Shown piece after piece: positions 20,326 to 30,812 of a stretch of 64,000 nucleotides of DNA. Location: positions 544,001 to 608,000 of the forward strand of contig OZ223264.1 of NCBI GenBank assembly GCA_965140585.1, written 5' to 3'. This DNA is from Spirochaetia bacterium (GTDB lineage: Bacteria; Spirochaetota; Spirochaetia; UBA9216). Under the pieces are notes generated by a model that was given only the letters and a program-made list of their open reading frames with translations, did no database searches and was not told the origin of the DNA. Positions within the stretch are counted from its first letter, which is position 1; every line of letters begins with the position of its first letter. Both the position numbers and the translations under genes were made by a program.

Positions 20326-21543
20326 ATGAAAAAACTGTTGTTGAAAGCTTTTCCCTATCAGGGGCTCCCGGGCCCTGTATACATTCTTTTTTTCTGTCGC
20401 ATCGTCAGCCGTATGGGTGACTTTGTCAGGTTCTTCCTGACACTCTATCTGACTGCGGTACTGGGTTATGATGAAAAACAAACCGGACTTCTAATCACTC
20501 TGAGCGTCATTGCTGTAATGCTGGGAAGTCTTGTCGGCGGACGTCTGACTGATTTTTCCGGCAGAAAGAAAATAATGCTTTCGGCACAGTTTCTCGGCGC
20601 AGCATCTATAGGCTTATGCGGTTTTTACCCTGAGGCCAGGTGGCTCTTATGGCCGCTAATTTTTTCACAGTTTTTTCTGGGAGCTGCACAGCCTGTGGGT
20701 TCCGCCATGGTTACAGATCTTACGACCAGAGAACAGCGGCAGAAGGCGATGTCGCTTCTTTATCTGGGAATAAATATCGGGGTCTCAATCGGACCGGTAA
20801 TTGCGGGGTTTCTGTTTAACAGCTATCGGCACTGGCTTTTTTGGGGTGATGCGCTCACGACTCTTTTTGCTGTTGTACTTGTAGCCCTGAAGGTACCAGA
20901 GACAATGCCTTCCGAAGAAGAGCAGATGGAAGCCTCTGGTCACGAGAGAGCTGAGGATGGCGGTGTTCTCAGTGCACTTCTAAAACGCCCGGTGCTGTCT
21001 GTCTTTCTGGTGATGTCGGTCGTTCTTTCGTTTGTATACTCTCAGCATACATTTACACTTCCTCTGCAGCTGCAGAAATACATGGGCAGCGGAAGTGCAG
21101 GTTTTTACGGGATTATTATGTCGGTTAATGCTGTAACGGTCCTGATAGTTACTCCGCTGGTGCTCAGGATACTTGAACATAATGTACCGCTGAAGAATTT
21201 AAAATACGGAAGTCTCTGCTATGCAGTTGGATTCGGAATGCTCTTTTTCCTGAAGACTAATACGGCACTTTTTTTGATCTCAACAGTGATATGGACCGTG
21301 GGTGAGGTTATAATGGTGACCAATGAAGGTGTTTTTGTTGCCAACCATACTCCTGTAAACCAGCGCGGGCGAATAAATGGTCTTCGGAACATGCTTTACG
21401 GAATTGGCAGCTCGATTACTCCGGCTCTTTCAGGTGTATTCGTTGATTCCATTGGAACAGCCTTTATATGGCCTCTGGTTGCCGCCCTTGCCGTAATATA
21501 TCTTGCTGTTATAGCTGTACTGCAGAAGGTGGATGACAGGTAA
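20326..21543 (+). CDS. MFS transporter
   Basis: GRLTDFSGRK motif A, NIGVSIGP..AG, ~12 TMs. Confidence 0.92.
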   Translation: MKKLLLKAFPYQGLPGPVYILFFCRIVSRMGDFVRFFLTLYLTAVLGYDEKQTGLLITLSVIAVMLGSLVGGRLTDFSGRKKIMLSAQFLGAASIGLCGFYPEARWLLWPLIFSQFFLGAAQPVGSAMVTDLTTREQRQKAMSLLYLGINIGVSIGPVIAGFLFNSYRHWLFWGDALTTLFAVVLVALKVPETMPSEEEQMEASGHERAEDGGVLSALLKRPVLSVFLVMSVVLSFVYSQHTFTLPLQLQKYMGSGSAGFYGIIMSVNAVTVLIVTPLVLRILEHNVPLKNLKYGSLCYAVGFGMLFFLKTNTALFLISTVIWTVGEVIMVTNEGVFVANHTPVNQRGRINGLRNMLYGIGSSITPALSGVFVDSIGTAFIWPLVAALAVIYLAVIAVLQKVDDR

Positions 21544-21566
21544 GATAGCTGAATAAAATCTAAACT

Positions 21567-23876
21567 TTATTCAGCAGAACCTGTTTTAACTTTATTTTTA
21601 TAGAAACTTCCTATGAATGCGGGAAGCAGTACAAGGGTTCCTATCATTGTAAATGTGAGTGTGAAGCAGATTAGCAGACCGAAATAGGAAATACCCCTGA
21701 AACTTGAGAGTACCAGGAACAGCAGCCCTCCTACTATTGAGATAGTCGTGTGCATTATCGGCCGTCCGGCTTCCATATGTGTGAGATTAATCGCTTCTTT
21801 TACTTTTCCTATCAGATCAAAGTTCTTTTTAAACTGAATATTATAGTGGATAGCATTATCAACACCTACACCTATTACGATCGACGTTACCATCAGTGTG
21901 GTCATATCAAGCGGAATTTTCAGAAAGGCCATACAGATAAAGTTCAGCATCAGTCCACTGAACAGAGGCGTCAGGGTCAGAACAGCAAAGCCAATATTTC
22001 TGAAATAAATAAGGGCAATGATGAACACAAAAATAATTGCTGCAAGAATTGATTTATTCTGATCCCGGGTGAGCATTTCTGAAAGGTAAAGATACCTCAG
22101 ATCAACAGACCATAGAGCAACATCCATGTTCTTAAGGTGTTTTTCCATGCTTATGTTGAATCTGTCAACAAGCGCACCCAGTGCCGCCTCGGCAAGAATC
22201 CGGTTATTCCGGCTGTTGTAAATTTTAAAAGTCAGTGTGATTCTGGAGAAATCATCATTGGTCATCTGCCTGATTGTATCGTTTGCATCTTCAGAAGATC
22301 TTATTAGTTTAAGATACCGTGAAAGCAGGCTGATGAGTCCTTTCTGACTCGGTATTTCCTTTTCTCCGTTCATAAGAAAATTCAGTTCCCGGATATAAAA
22401 GCTGATTGAAGACACCGAAGTCACATCGGCATCCTCAAGTATCTCGAGTTCAAAGTCAGAAACCTGCTCGAGGACCTCAGGACGAAGGAAGTAGTTCTTT
22501 TCATTAGCAGGCGCTGTTATTGTCACATTCATGGTCTGATAACCGCCGACATTCTCCAGGATATAGCTTGTTTCCTGTACTACCGAGTCGTCTTTGGGAA
22601 AGTAGGACATATAGTCGGACTGGGATGGAATCCTCGGATAGGCGTAGATGAAAAGCCCCAGAATAACAGCAAAGAGAACCAGAACCATGTAGCGGAAACG
22701 GTAAACAAAGTCCCCGAGTTTACCCATATTCTGAGCGAAAGTTCCGGTCAGGACATTCTGCTTCTGGTCCTCTGTAGGAGGCCGTATTTTTGACAGCATC
22801 GCAGGCAGGTAGAAGCTTGAAAGGAGCATACAGGCTGTGATACCGAAACTTGTTGATATTCCGAATTCCTTGGTCTGGTCAATTGATGTGAACATCAGAC
22901 TCATGAAGCCTACTACTGTTGTCAGACAGGCAAGAAAGACCGTTTTATTTATATGAAGTGTCGCTTCAACAATCCATAGTTTATCTTTTCGATCCGGCTG
23001 TGCGTCCCGGTAATACTGGTTGAGTATATGTATTGTGTATGAGCTGCCTATACTGAGGACAAGCGGCGGAATTGTAAGGCTGACTACGTTAAGCTGATAA
23101 CCCATCAGGGCCATGAATCCGAGGGTCCACACTGTTCCTGCAAGGACCACGGATATAGGAAGAAGGAACGAGCGTTTAGATCTGAATCCGAAGTAAAATG
23201 ATACGAGCATGAAGGCCAGGGCAAAAAGAAAGAGCTTTACAAGATCTTTACTCAGATAGGTATTGCTCCGGTCTGAGATAGGAACATCTCCGGTTGTGTA
23301 TACGCGGTAGTATTTTTCAAGTTCCGCCCTGATCCGGCTGTATTCCTGCATGAAGGCTTCGGCTTCATCTGTAAGCGGTTCGCTTGGGAATACCGCGCTC
23401 AGTGTTTTTCCGTCTCTGGAAATTAGAGTGCCGGCATAGAAGGGGTTATCAACCAGTAGTTCCTTGAAGTCTGCAAGTTCCTGTTCTGTCTGTGGTGCGC
23501 GGCTTTCCGGTGAGAGTGTTCCAACCTTCAGCTGACGGCCGGACTTTGTAAAAACCACAGCATTGAATGGAGTAATTCCTCTGCTGATTCCTGTTAAGGT
23601 TTCTATTTCATGGATACTTTTATCAAAAGCCTGAAGACCTTCAAGAGTAAACGGATCTTCGCTTGAAATCGCTACAATAAAATACCCGTCAGCCGAACTT
23701 TCGGTTCCGTATTTCTGAAGCAGCTGAGTTACTTCACTATGTTCGGGTATAAGGTTTTCAATTGACGGGTCTATTTTCAGCCTTAAAGCGCTGACCCCGA
23801 AAAAAGCAGTTACAATCACGGTAATTATTATTACCAGCGTAGAATGCTTTATTATATTAAAAAATAGTTTTCTCAT
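21567..23876 (-). CDS. MMPL/RND family transporter
   Basis: Two repeats of TM, periplasmic loop and 5 TMs; GVGVDNAIH; ACLTTVVGF. Confidence 0.88.
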   Translation of the reverse strand: MRKLFFNIIKHSTLVIIITVIVTAFFGVSALRLKIDPSIENLIPEHSEVTQLLQKYGTESSADGYFIVAISSEDPFTLEGLQAFDKSIHEIETLTGISRGITPFNAVVFTKSGRQLKVGTLSPESRAPQTEQELADFKELLVDNPFYAGTLISRDGKTLSAVFPSEPLTDEAEAFMQEYSRIRAELEKYYRVYTTGDVPISDRSNTYLSKDLVKLFLFALAFMLVSFYFGFRSKRSFLLPISVVLAGTVWTLGFMALMGYQLNVVSLTIPPLVLSIGSSYTIHILNQYYRDAQPDRKDKLWIVEATLHINKTVFLACLTTVVGFMSLMFTSIDQTKEFGISTSFGITACMLLSSFYLPAMLSKIRPPTEDQKQNVLTGTFAQNMGKLGDFVYRFRYMVLVLFAVILGLFIYAYPRIPSQSDYMSYFPKDDSVVQETSYILENVGGYQTMNVTITAPANEKNYFLRPEVLEQVSDFELEILEDADVTSVSSISFYIRELNFLMNGEKEIPSQKGLISLLSRYLKLIRSSEDANDTIRQMTNDDFSRITLTFKIYNSRNNRILAEAALGALVDRFNISMEKHLKNMDVALWSVDLRYLYLSEMLTRDQNKSILAAIIFVFIIALIYFRNIGFAVLTLTPLFSGLMLNFICMAFLKIPLDMTTLMVTSIVIGVGVDNAIHYNIQFKKNFDLIGKVKEAINLTHMEAGRPIMHTTISIVGGLLFLVLSSFRGISYFGLLICFTLTFTMIGTLVLLPAFIGSFYKNKVKTGSAE

Positions 23877-23984
23877 CTAATGATCCCTGATAGATACTAA
23901 GTGGTGCCCAATGATACTATCAGTTTTAGACCCAATTGAAAACCTTGACTTTTATTAAAATTGAATTTAATACATGATTAGACT

Positions 23985-24578
23985 ATGAATATTTATACTG
24001 TAGCACTCACTCTTATTCTCATTATGGATCCCTTTGGAAACATTCCAATTTTTCTGGGAATCCTCGGTAAATTTACTCCGGCAAAACGTCGTTTGATCAT
24101 TATCAGAGAAAGCCTGATCGCCTTTGTTATACTTATTTTCTTTCTTTTTTTCGGACGACATATCCTCAACGGACTTCATATTGAGCAGGCCGCTCTTAAT
24201 ATTTCCGGTGGTGTCGTTTTATTTATCATTGCATTGAAAATGATTTTTCCTGCCCGTTCAGGAGGGACGGAGGAGAGTTTTGATGATGATCCTCTCATTG
24301 TTCCTCTCGCTGTACCTATGCTGGCCGGACCTTCATCTACTGCATATGTAATGCTGGTTTCTGCACAGTATCCTGATCATCTTATTACAATTTTAATTTC
24401 AATAATAATTGCCGCAGCTGTTACCTCTTTAGTTCTTGTCCTTTCTGATTCGATTAGAAAGATTCTTGGAACAAGGATCCTTAAGGCAATTGAACGGCTG
24501 ATGGGAATGATACTTACCACTCTTGCCGTGCAGATGCTGCTCTCCGGTATCGGAGCTTATTTCGGGCTTTCCGGCTGA
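23985..24578 (+). CDS. MarC family membrane protein
   Basis: MDPFGNIP, VPLAVPMLAGP, ERLMGMIL. Confidence 0.92.
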   Translation: MNIYTVALTLILIMDPFGNIPIFLGILGKFTPAKRRLIIIRESLIAFVILIFFLFFGRHILNGLHIEQAALNISGGVVLFIIALKMIFPARSGGTEESFDDDPLIVPLAVPMLAGPSSTAYVMLVSAQYPDHLITILISIIIAAAVTSLVLVLSDSIRKILGTRILKAIERLMGMILTTLAVQMLLSGIGAYFGLSG

Positions 24579-24721
24579 TTTGACCTTTATCAGGTTCGAA
24601 TTCTCAGAATTAATTTGGTAAAAATATATCGATATGGTATTATTTACCATAATATGAATAAAAATTGTCAAGATTGATCGAAATTCAAGACTATGTTAGA
24701 ATATGATTTCTTAGATGGAGA

Positions 24722-25387
24722 GTGACTACATTGAATGAGAATGAGAATGAGAATGAGTTCCTTAAAACCAGCGTTCCGTTGCCTTCAGTCAGACGACTGC
24801 CGTTGTACCTGACAGTACTTGAAGAATTTGAACGGGAAGGTAAAGAGTGGATTTCCACTACCGATTTTTCTGAAGTCCTGTTTCTTAAACCGATACAGGT
24901 AAGAAAGGATCTTGCACATACAGGAATCATCGGTAAGCCTAAAAAAGGCTTCAAGGTCAATGAACTTATTTCTACAATCAATAAATTTTTAGGCTGGAAT
25001 AATCTCACTGACGCGTTCCTTATCGGAGCGGGTGCTCTGGGTTCCGCCCTCCTGGGTTACAACGGTTTCCAGAATCATGGTCTGAATATAGTCGCGGCAT
25101 TCGACAGTTCTCCTTCAGTTATCGGAAAAACAATTCATGGAAAAAAAGTACTTCCTATAGAGCAGATTAAAGATCTTGCTTTGAGGATGCATGTTAAACT
25201 TGGAATTATCACTGTTCCGAGAGAAGCAGCCCAGGAAGCGGCGGACAACCTTATTGCTGCCGGAATCAAAGGAATCTGGAATTTCTCACCAATCAAACTC
25301 CAGGTGCCCGATGATGTTGTTGTTCAGAGAGAAGACCTATCCTCAGGACTTGCTGTTCTTTCGGTTAAACTGGGACGCTTCGATTAA
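24722..25387 (+). CDS. rex: Redox-sensing transcriptional repressor Rex
   Basis: RRLPLY, QVRKDL, GAGALG.AL Rossmann motif, GIWNF; SD GGAG. Confidence 0.95.
   Translation: MTTLNENENENEFLKTSVPLPSVRRLPLYLTVLEEFEREGKEWISTTDFSEVLFLKPIQVRKDLAHTGIIGKPKKGFKVNELISTINKFLGWNNLTDAFLIGAGALGSALLGYNGFQNHGLNIVAAFDSSPSVIGKTIHGKKVLPIEQIKDLALRMHVKLGIITVPREAAQEAADNLIAAGIKGIWNFSPIKLQVPDDVVVQREDLSSGLAVLSVKLGRFD
24733..24757 (+). repeat. Hexanucleotide tandem repeat (GAATGA)4 in the 5' end of rex
   Basis: gaatgagaatgagaatgagaatgag, encoding NENENENE. Confidence 0.9.
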
Positions 25388-26235
25388 ATTAGGCTGAAAG
25401 TAGAAATATATTTCACATTATCTCGGGGCATCGGTAGAAGGGGATTATTCGAATTCCAGTTACCTGAAAGCCCGAGGTCTGTACAGCCTCGTTCAAAATG
25501 ACACATGGCAATTCCCATATCAATGTGCTGGATACTGTATCCAATACTTTTATTGTAGCCCGGATTTTCATCAAGGTAAAAATGCACATCCTTTTTATCT
25601 TCTGAAACGAGCAGCAGCCACGGCTGTTTGTTTGATGCAGACGGGGCAAGCTGAACCATCTGCAGCGGGCCGCTGAGTTCGGCGGAAGTTTCCTTTTCGA
25701 GAGGTGAATTAAAATCAGCTGAGAAAAAAAGGCTTTCCCAATTTTTCCGTGTATGTGAGCGTGCGACACCGCGTACCATTTTATCCGCCATAGATTTTCG
25801 TTCCGCCGGATAACCGACCGGTGAAATAACCGGAATAAAATTATCACCTCTGCATTCAGCCGCCTCCATGAAGGATTTACGTTTAAACGTTCCTCCCAGC
25901 CAGCATGTTCCTATTCCTGCCTCAGATAGCCTGAGTACAGCATCTTCCAGCACAAAGCCTGTTTTCAGCATGGAATATTCATCATTACTGCATACCGCAG
26001 CTATAAATCCCTGAGGATTTTTAATAATTCCGTATGTCCCCAGGCGGCTGCTTCGGGAAACCCCGGAACTCTGCAGATCTATGAATTTGAGACTGACCTC
26101 ACAGTCCAGAAAATCGGGAGCCTGTGCCGACTTATTGATAATATCTTTCACAAGATTTATGTGATTCTCTGTAAGAGTTCTTTCAGCAAAGGTTCGTACA
26201 GAGGTTCTTTCTTCTATTGCAGTTGTATAATCCAT
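25384..26235 (-). CDS. Nitroreductase family protein (two-domain)
   Basis: RTSVRTF, GIGTCWLGG, LAPSASNKQPW, IDMGIAMCHF. Confidence 0.9.
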   Translation of the reverse strand: MDYTTAIEERTSVRTFAERTLTENHINLVKDIINKSAQAPDFLDCEVSLKFIDLQSSGVSRSSRLGTYGIIKNPQGFIAAVCSNDEYSMLKTGFVLEDAVLRLSEAGIGTCWLGGTFKRKSFMEAAECRGDNFIPVISPVGYPAERKSMADKMVRGVARSHTRKNWESLFFSADFNSPLEKETSAELSGPLQMVQLAPSASNKQPWLLLVSEDKKDVHFYLDENPGYNKSIGYSIQHIDMGIAMCHFERGCTDLGLSGNWNSNNPLLPMPRDNVKYISTFSLI

Positions 26236-26338
26236 AGGCTGATTATAAATTATTAATCTGTGCCCGTCATTATTCTATGTATTGTTGCTTGATCTTTATT
26301 TGAAATTTCAAATATCATGTCTGTAATAGGAGAGGACC

Positions 26339-27523
26339 ATGGACTTTACAAATATACTAGCTGAAAGAACTAAATCGATGGGTGCCAGTGCCATAAGAGA
26401 AATTCTCAAGGTTGTCGGGCAGCCGGGAATGGTTTCGCTTGCAGGCGGTATTCCTTCACCGGAAAGTTTTCCCATGGAGATTATGAAAGAGCTTTCAGAT
26501 CGCGTGCTCTCCAAATTCGGTCCTGCAGCGTTCCAGTATGATCTTACCGAAGGCTTTGCTCCGCTGCGCGAGGTTTTAAGCAGCTATCTCGGAGATCGTG
26601 GAATTACTGCTTCTCCGCAGCAGATTATTGTTCAAAGCGGCTCTCAGGGAGTCCTTGATGCACTGGGCATGGTCTGCATTTCCAAGGGTGATAAGATAGC
26701 TGTTGAAGCACCAACCTATCTCGGTGCCATTCAGGCCTTTCGTCCCTATCAGCCGGAGTTTGTCAGCATGGAGATGGATGAGGAAGGTCTTATTCCCGAA
26801 TCTCTGGAGAATACCCTTAAGAAACATAAAATTAAATTTATCTATACAGTTCCTACATTTCAGAATCCGACGGGACGCAGTCTGACTCTTGCCCGCCGGA
26901 AAGCAATTGCTGAAATTATCATTAAGTACGGCGCTTTGCTGATTGAAGATGACCCCTACAGTAACCTCAGATATACCGGTGAGGTGCTGCCTCCGATAAA
27001 GACATTTGCACCTGAAAATGTCGTATATATAACTACTCTTTCAAAGGTGCTGGCTCCCGGTTTGAGGCTGGGAATCTGTGCAGCCCCTGAGTCCATCCAG
27101 AAATGGCTCATTATTATAAAACAGGGTGTTGATCTGCACAGTTCGACCCTCGGTCAGGCTTTAGCTGCCGAATATCTTGAGGGGGGCTATATTAAGGAAC
27201 AGATTCCAAGAATTATTGAGCTTTACCGGCCGAAGCACAGGGCCATGCTTGAAGCTCTTGATGAATATTTTCCTGCAGGATTCACTTTCTCAAAACCTGA
27301 AGGCGGAATGTTTATATGGGCTGAAGGCCCGGAAGGGATGGACCTTGAAAAGACCTACTGGAAGGCTATAGAGAAGAACGTTGCCTATGTGCCGGGCAGG
27401 TTTTTCTATACGGAAAAAGGTAAGGGCCTGGCGACAATGCGTCTTAATTTCACAATGAGCGAGGCCGATGTTATCCGCTCAGCGGTAAAAACTCTTGGTG
27501 ATGTGCTGAAGGCGGAATTATAG
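26339..27523 (+). CDS. PLP-dependent aminotransferase class I/II (LysN/2-aminoadipate transaminase-like)
   Basis: [38 protein letters not shown]. Confidence 0.92.
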   Translation: MDFTNILAERTKSMGASAIREILKVVGQPGMVSLAGGIPSPESFPMEIMKELSDRVLSKFGPAAFQYDLTEGFAPLREVLSSYLGDRGITASPQQIIVQSGSQGVLDALGMVCISKGDKIAVEAPTYLGAIQAFRPYQPEFVSMEMDEEGLIPESLENTLKKHKIKFIYTVPTFQNPTGRSLTLARRKAIAEIIIKYGALLIEDDPYSNLRYTGEVLPPIKTFAPENVVYITTLSKVLAPGLRLGICAAPESIQKWLIIIKQGVDLHSSTLGQALAAEYLEGGYIKEQIPRIIELYRPKHRAMLEALDEYFPAGFTFSKPEGGMFIWAEGPEGMDLEKTYWKAIEKNVAYVPGRFFYTEKGKGLATMRLNFTMSEADVIRSAVKTLGDVLKAEL

Positions 27524-28117
27524 GCTCTTATGCTGCGGTACCAGATCGCAGGCCTCTGCGGGCATCCATGATGCAGCTTTTCCGTTCCATTTGATATTAC
27601 AGCCGACAGGGTTTGTCACTTCAATTTCAATTGCCCTTCCGTTTACAAGTGAATCAAGTGTTACTTCAAGGTCGTTTACCGTCATTTTTTCAGTTTCCCT
27701 AGGGTTGTCGACCCCCCTACCGGTGTATACAAGTTTTAGTTCACTGTTGAAGACAAAAAAATGAGGGGTTCGCAGGGCTCCGTATTCAAGCGCCACCTGC
27801 TGATCCCTGTCATGCAGGTATATCCACGGAAAACGGTTTTTTTCCATCCGTTCAACCATATGCTCAAAATCATCTTCTTCGTATGTATTCGGACTGTTCG
27901 AATTAATCGCCACAAATTCAACTCCCAGAGGCTTATATTTCAAAACGGTCTGTCTTGTTGTCTCATCTGATCCTATTACATAGGGACAATGGTTGCATGT
28001 GAAAAATATTACAAGGTACGGATTCTTTGAAAAATCTGCAAGGCTGTATGTTTTACCGTTGGTTGCCGTAAGTTTGAAATCCGGTGCAGAATCACCAATG
28101 TTAATAGTAAAGGACAT
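27518..28117 (-). CDS. AhpC/TSA-type thioredoxin-fold protein
   Basis: [25 protein letters not shown]. Confidence 0.92.
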   Translation of the reverse strand: MSFTINIGDSAPDFKLTATNGKTYSLADFSKNPYLVIFFTCNHCPYVIGSDETTRQTVLKYKPLGVEFVAINSNSPNTYEEDDFEHMVERMEKNRFPWIYLHDRDQQVALEYGALRTPHFFVFNSELKLVYTGRGVDNPRETEKMTVNDLEVTLDSLVNGRAIEIEVTNPVGCNIKWNGKAASWMPAEACDLVPQHKSL

Positions 28118-28289
28118 TTAATCCTCCTTATATAAGCATGTTTGCATATTGAATATACTAATTTCTCAATCAGCGGACAAATATTATATCGATCTACATG
28201 CCCGCTAAAGCATGCAGCGTGATTCAGGAAAAAATCTGAGACAGGGATATACTCATTCTTATATAAAAATTCTATAAACGGGGTTTAAG

Positions 28290-29129
28290 ATGGAGAAAAA
28301 GAAAGGAAAATTGTATGTGATTGCCCTTATTACCGTCTTCACCGCTGCTTCCTGTGATTTATTCAACTCTGATATCGGTGTTACAGGTATGGGTAAAATG
28401 CTTGTGCCGGATGAGGCCGGCTATTTCAAAGAAGATATTACCTACAGCCTCTCGGGCGCAATTCAGGTTTTCTATGCTGACGGAAATTATCTTTATGAGA
28501 ACTACGAGTGGGACCCGGTTTCCCTGGAGTATGTAAGGGATGAAGGTGAAAGCGGAACCTATTCATGGAATCCAGAGACTATGGTTATGACTCAAAAACA
28601 GTTGAAAAATTATGTGCAGGCTACGGATACCTGGGAGGACATATCGGAAACCAGTGAACGGACTATGTATTTTACAACTGTTTGTTTCGGTAATGCCTTT
28701 GTCTATAGCGAGAATAATAGCTGGGAATCTTCTACTTTAGTTGAGTACAATGACGGAAGTTATGATACAGATTCGTACCAGATGACCCTGGATTCTGAAA
28801 CATACATCCTTAAAAGAGAGGATCTAAGTTATGACAACAACGGAGTTCTCACCTCAGGGTGGAATTCTGAAAGGAATTGCGAGGTCTCGGGCATGTTCCC
28901 TGAGGGTGTAGCCTGGGAATCCGGGAATCGTGTAATTTTTAATCTGACCGAGACGCTTGATCGTGACCGTAACTATGACAGTATCAGCTCTTCCTGGGGA
29001 GCCTGGGATATTAATGATCTTGATATTTATCAGATGATTTTTCTAAATATGGGAAATTTTTTCTGTATTCCGAATCCTTCAGCTATGCGCGGCACAGGGG
29101 AGGTGATATATGAAAAATTATATGATTAA
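28290..29129 (+). CDS. Hypothetical lipoprotein (paralog A)
   Basis: Basic N-terminus, lipobox AASC, acidic/aromatic beta-rich; aligns by eye with the next gene. Confidence 0.7.
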   Translation: MEKKKGKLYVIALITVFTAASCDLFNSDIGVTGMGKMLVPDEAGYFKEDITYSLSGAIQVFYADGNYLYENYEWDPVSLEYVRDEGESGTYSWNPETMVMTQKQLKNYVQATDTWEDISETSERTMYFTTVCFGNAFVYSENNSWESSTLVEYNDGSYDTDSYQMTLDSETYILKREDLSYDNNGVLTSGWNSERNCEVSGMFPEGVAWESGNRVIFNLTETLDRDRNYDSISSSWGAWDINDLDIYQMIFLNMGNFFCIPNPSAMRGTGEVIYEKLYD

Positions 29130-29886
29130 AATTCCGGCTGTATTCATTACTGCTGTGCTGATCTGTTCATGTACTGTTTCATTTCCGGATATAGGTTATG
29201 GAAAACTGGTAAATGTTGATGAAAATGGACATCTTACTGAAGACAGAGTTTATTACCAGAGAGAGCAGGTTCATTACATTTTCGCTGACGGGACCATGGA
29301 AACCCGCGAGTATGAAGCCTCAGGTACACAGATTGGGGGGATGCGGGGAGTTTATACGTATGATACACAGACAATGGTGTTTGATATAGATGCGGATGAA
29401 CAATGGGATGATGTAACCTCAGCCTGGGTAAGCGGCAATTCCGAGTCTAAGACTACAGTTTATCTGACAGATCTCCTGTTCGGGAATGCCTATGTTGAAA
29501 CTGAAGAGAGCAGCGGAATATTTAGATGGGATTCCTATTCCAAGTCAGCGGACGGCAGCGATATAACCGAATATGAGATTTATACAGTTTCAGATACAGT
29601 CCTGAGCTATGAGGACTCCGAGATAAGAACTGATTCCACCGGTACAGTTGACTATGGCTATAAGAGTAAATTTTCAGCCGACATCACTGCTCTTTTTCCG
29701 TCCGGATCGGAATGGGAGGCCGGCAGTGTGATCACAATTCAATATGAAGAGAGTGAACGTTCCGCCCGTTATTATGATGATACACTGCCTGGCTGGGAGG
29801 CCTGGGTGGACAGGACTCCCCGGCCGGCTAACAGAACTTTCGCTTATGAAGGAAACTTCCTGTTTGAATACATGATGGATTACTGA
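29110..29886 (+). CDS. Hypothetical lipoprotein (paralog B)
   Basis: Lipobox ICSC; SD GAGGTG; shares FGNA(F/Y)V and FP.G..WE.G with the upstream gene. Confidence 0.7.
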   Translation: MKNYMIKIPAVFITAVLICSCTVSFPDIGYGKLVNVDENGHLTEDRVYYQREQVHYIFADGTMETREYEASGTQIGGMRGVYTYDTQTMVFDIDADEQWDDVTSAWVSGNSESKTTVYLTDLLFGNAYVETEESSGIFRWDSYSKSADGSDITEYEIYTVSDTVLSYEDSEIRTDSTGTVDYGYKSKFSADITALFPSGSEWEAGSVITIQYEESERSARYYDDTLPGWEAWVDRTPRPANRTFAYEGNFLFEYMMDY

Positions 29887-29893
29887 CGCAATC

Positions 29894-30725
29894 TCAAAAA
29901 TCCTCAAAGTCTTCGTCAATGATGTCTTTGACGGATTCCGATTTCGGGAGCACCGGTTTTGCCGGGGGCTTTTCCCCGGCTGCTTCTTTTCTGTTAACCT
30001 GTTTTGCCGTTGTTTTAACAGCAGGCTTGGCACTGATGACAATTTTATCAGAGCCCTTTTTTCCAATGAGTAGCCGTCCTGTCCGTGCACCTTGAAATAA
30101 CTAATCATTTCGTGGAGCATTTCGGCCTGGCTTGTAAGCTCCTCGGACATGGATGAGGCTTCCTCCGCAGAAGCCGCATTCTGCTGGATTACCTGATCAA
30201 GCTGAAGCATTGCCTGGGTTATCTGGGCGGCTCCGGTGTTCTGTTCATTGCTTGAAGCACTTATCTCGGATACCAGGTCGGATGTTTTTCTGATATCAGG
30301 TACAATCGCCTTGATCTTCTCGCCGGAGTCGTTGGCTTTTTTAACGCTTTCATTAGCAAGCTCAAGTATTTCCGCTGCAGCCTTCTGACTGGTTACCGCA
30401 AGTTCTCCAACCTCTGCAGCAACAGCAAAGCCCTTGCCGTGTTCTCCAGCCCTTGCTGCCTCAATTGCTGCGTTCAGCGAAAGCAGGTTGGTCTGAAGGG
30501 CAATCTCTTCTATTATGTTAATCTTCTGGGCAATTTCATTCATTGCGGTAACCGCTTCAAGGACTGCATCTCCTCCCTCAGCTGCATGCTGCCTGATGTT
30601 ACTTCGGCAGCAGAAGTTATAACATCTGAAACTACGCTGCTGAGTTTCTGCTGTATTATACGGAGGGTGTCGGTAAGACCGCCTATCTCATCCTTCTAAT
30701 GCACGTCAATTGAGGTATAGAGCAG
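29894..30725 (-). pseudogene. Degraded methyl-accepting chemotaxis protein, paralog of 30813-32789
   Basis: 5' sensor part missing; TAG at 30696-30698; frameshifting deletion at 30579-30585; original C-terminus DEDFEDF-TGA (stop 29894-29896) is out of frame with ORF 29674..30543. Confidence 0.85.
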
Positions 30726-30762
30726 CCTCCTTGATTAATTTTATTTTATTGAAGGCTAAAAA

Positions 30763-30798
30763 GCAAAAAGAAGCTGCCGGGGGGAAGGCCCCGGCAGC
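30763..30798 (-). terminator. Rho-independent terminator of the MCP gene
   Basis: 10-bp stem GCTGCCGGGG/CCCCGGCAGC, 6-nt loop, then TTCTTTTT on the minus strand. Confidence 0.85.
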
Positions 30799-30812
30799 GG
30801 TATGGTGAATGA

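Noticed and set aside
24604-24635. Third sigma28-like motif (TCAGAA...ATCGATAT) upstream of rex
   Set aside because: The 18-nt spacer is too long compared with 13-14 in the other two copies, and the -10 block is weaker
29674-29893. MCP ORF tail overlapping the lipoprotein gene in antisense
   Set aside because: It results from a frameshift in the pseudogene; the native stop is at 29894-29896
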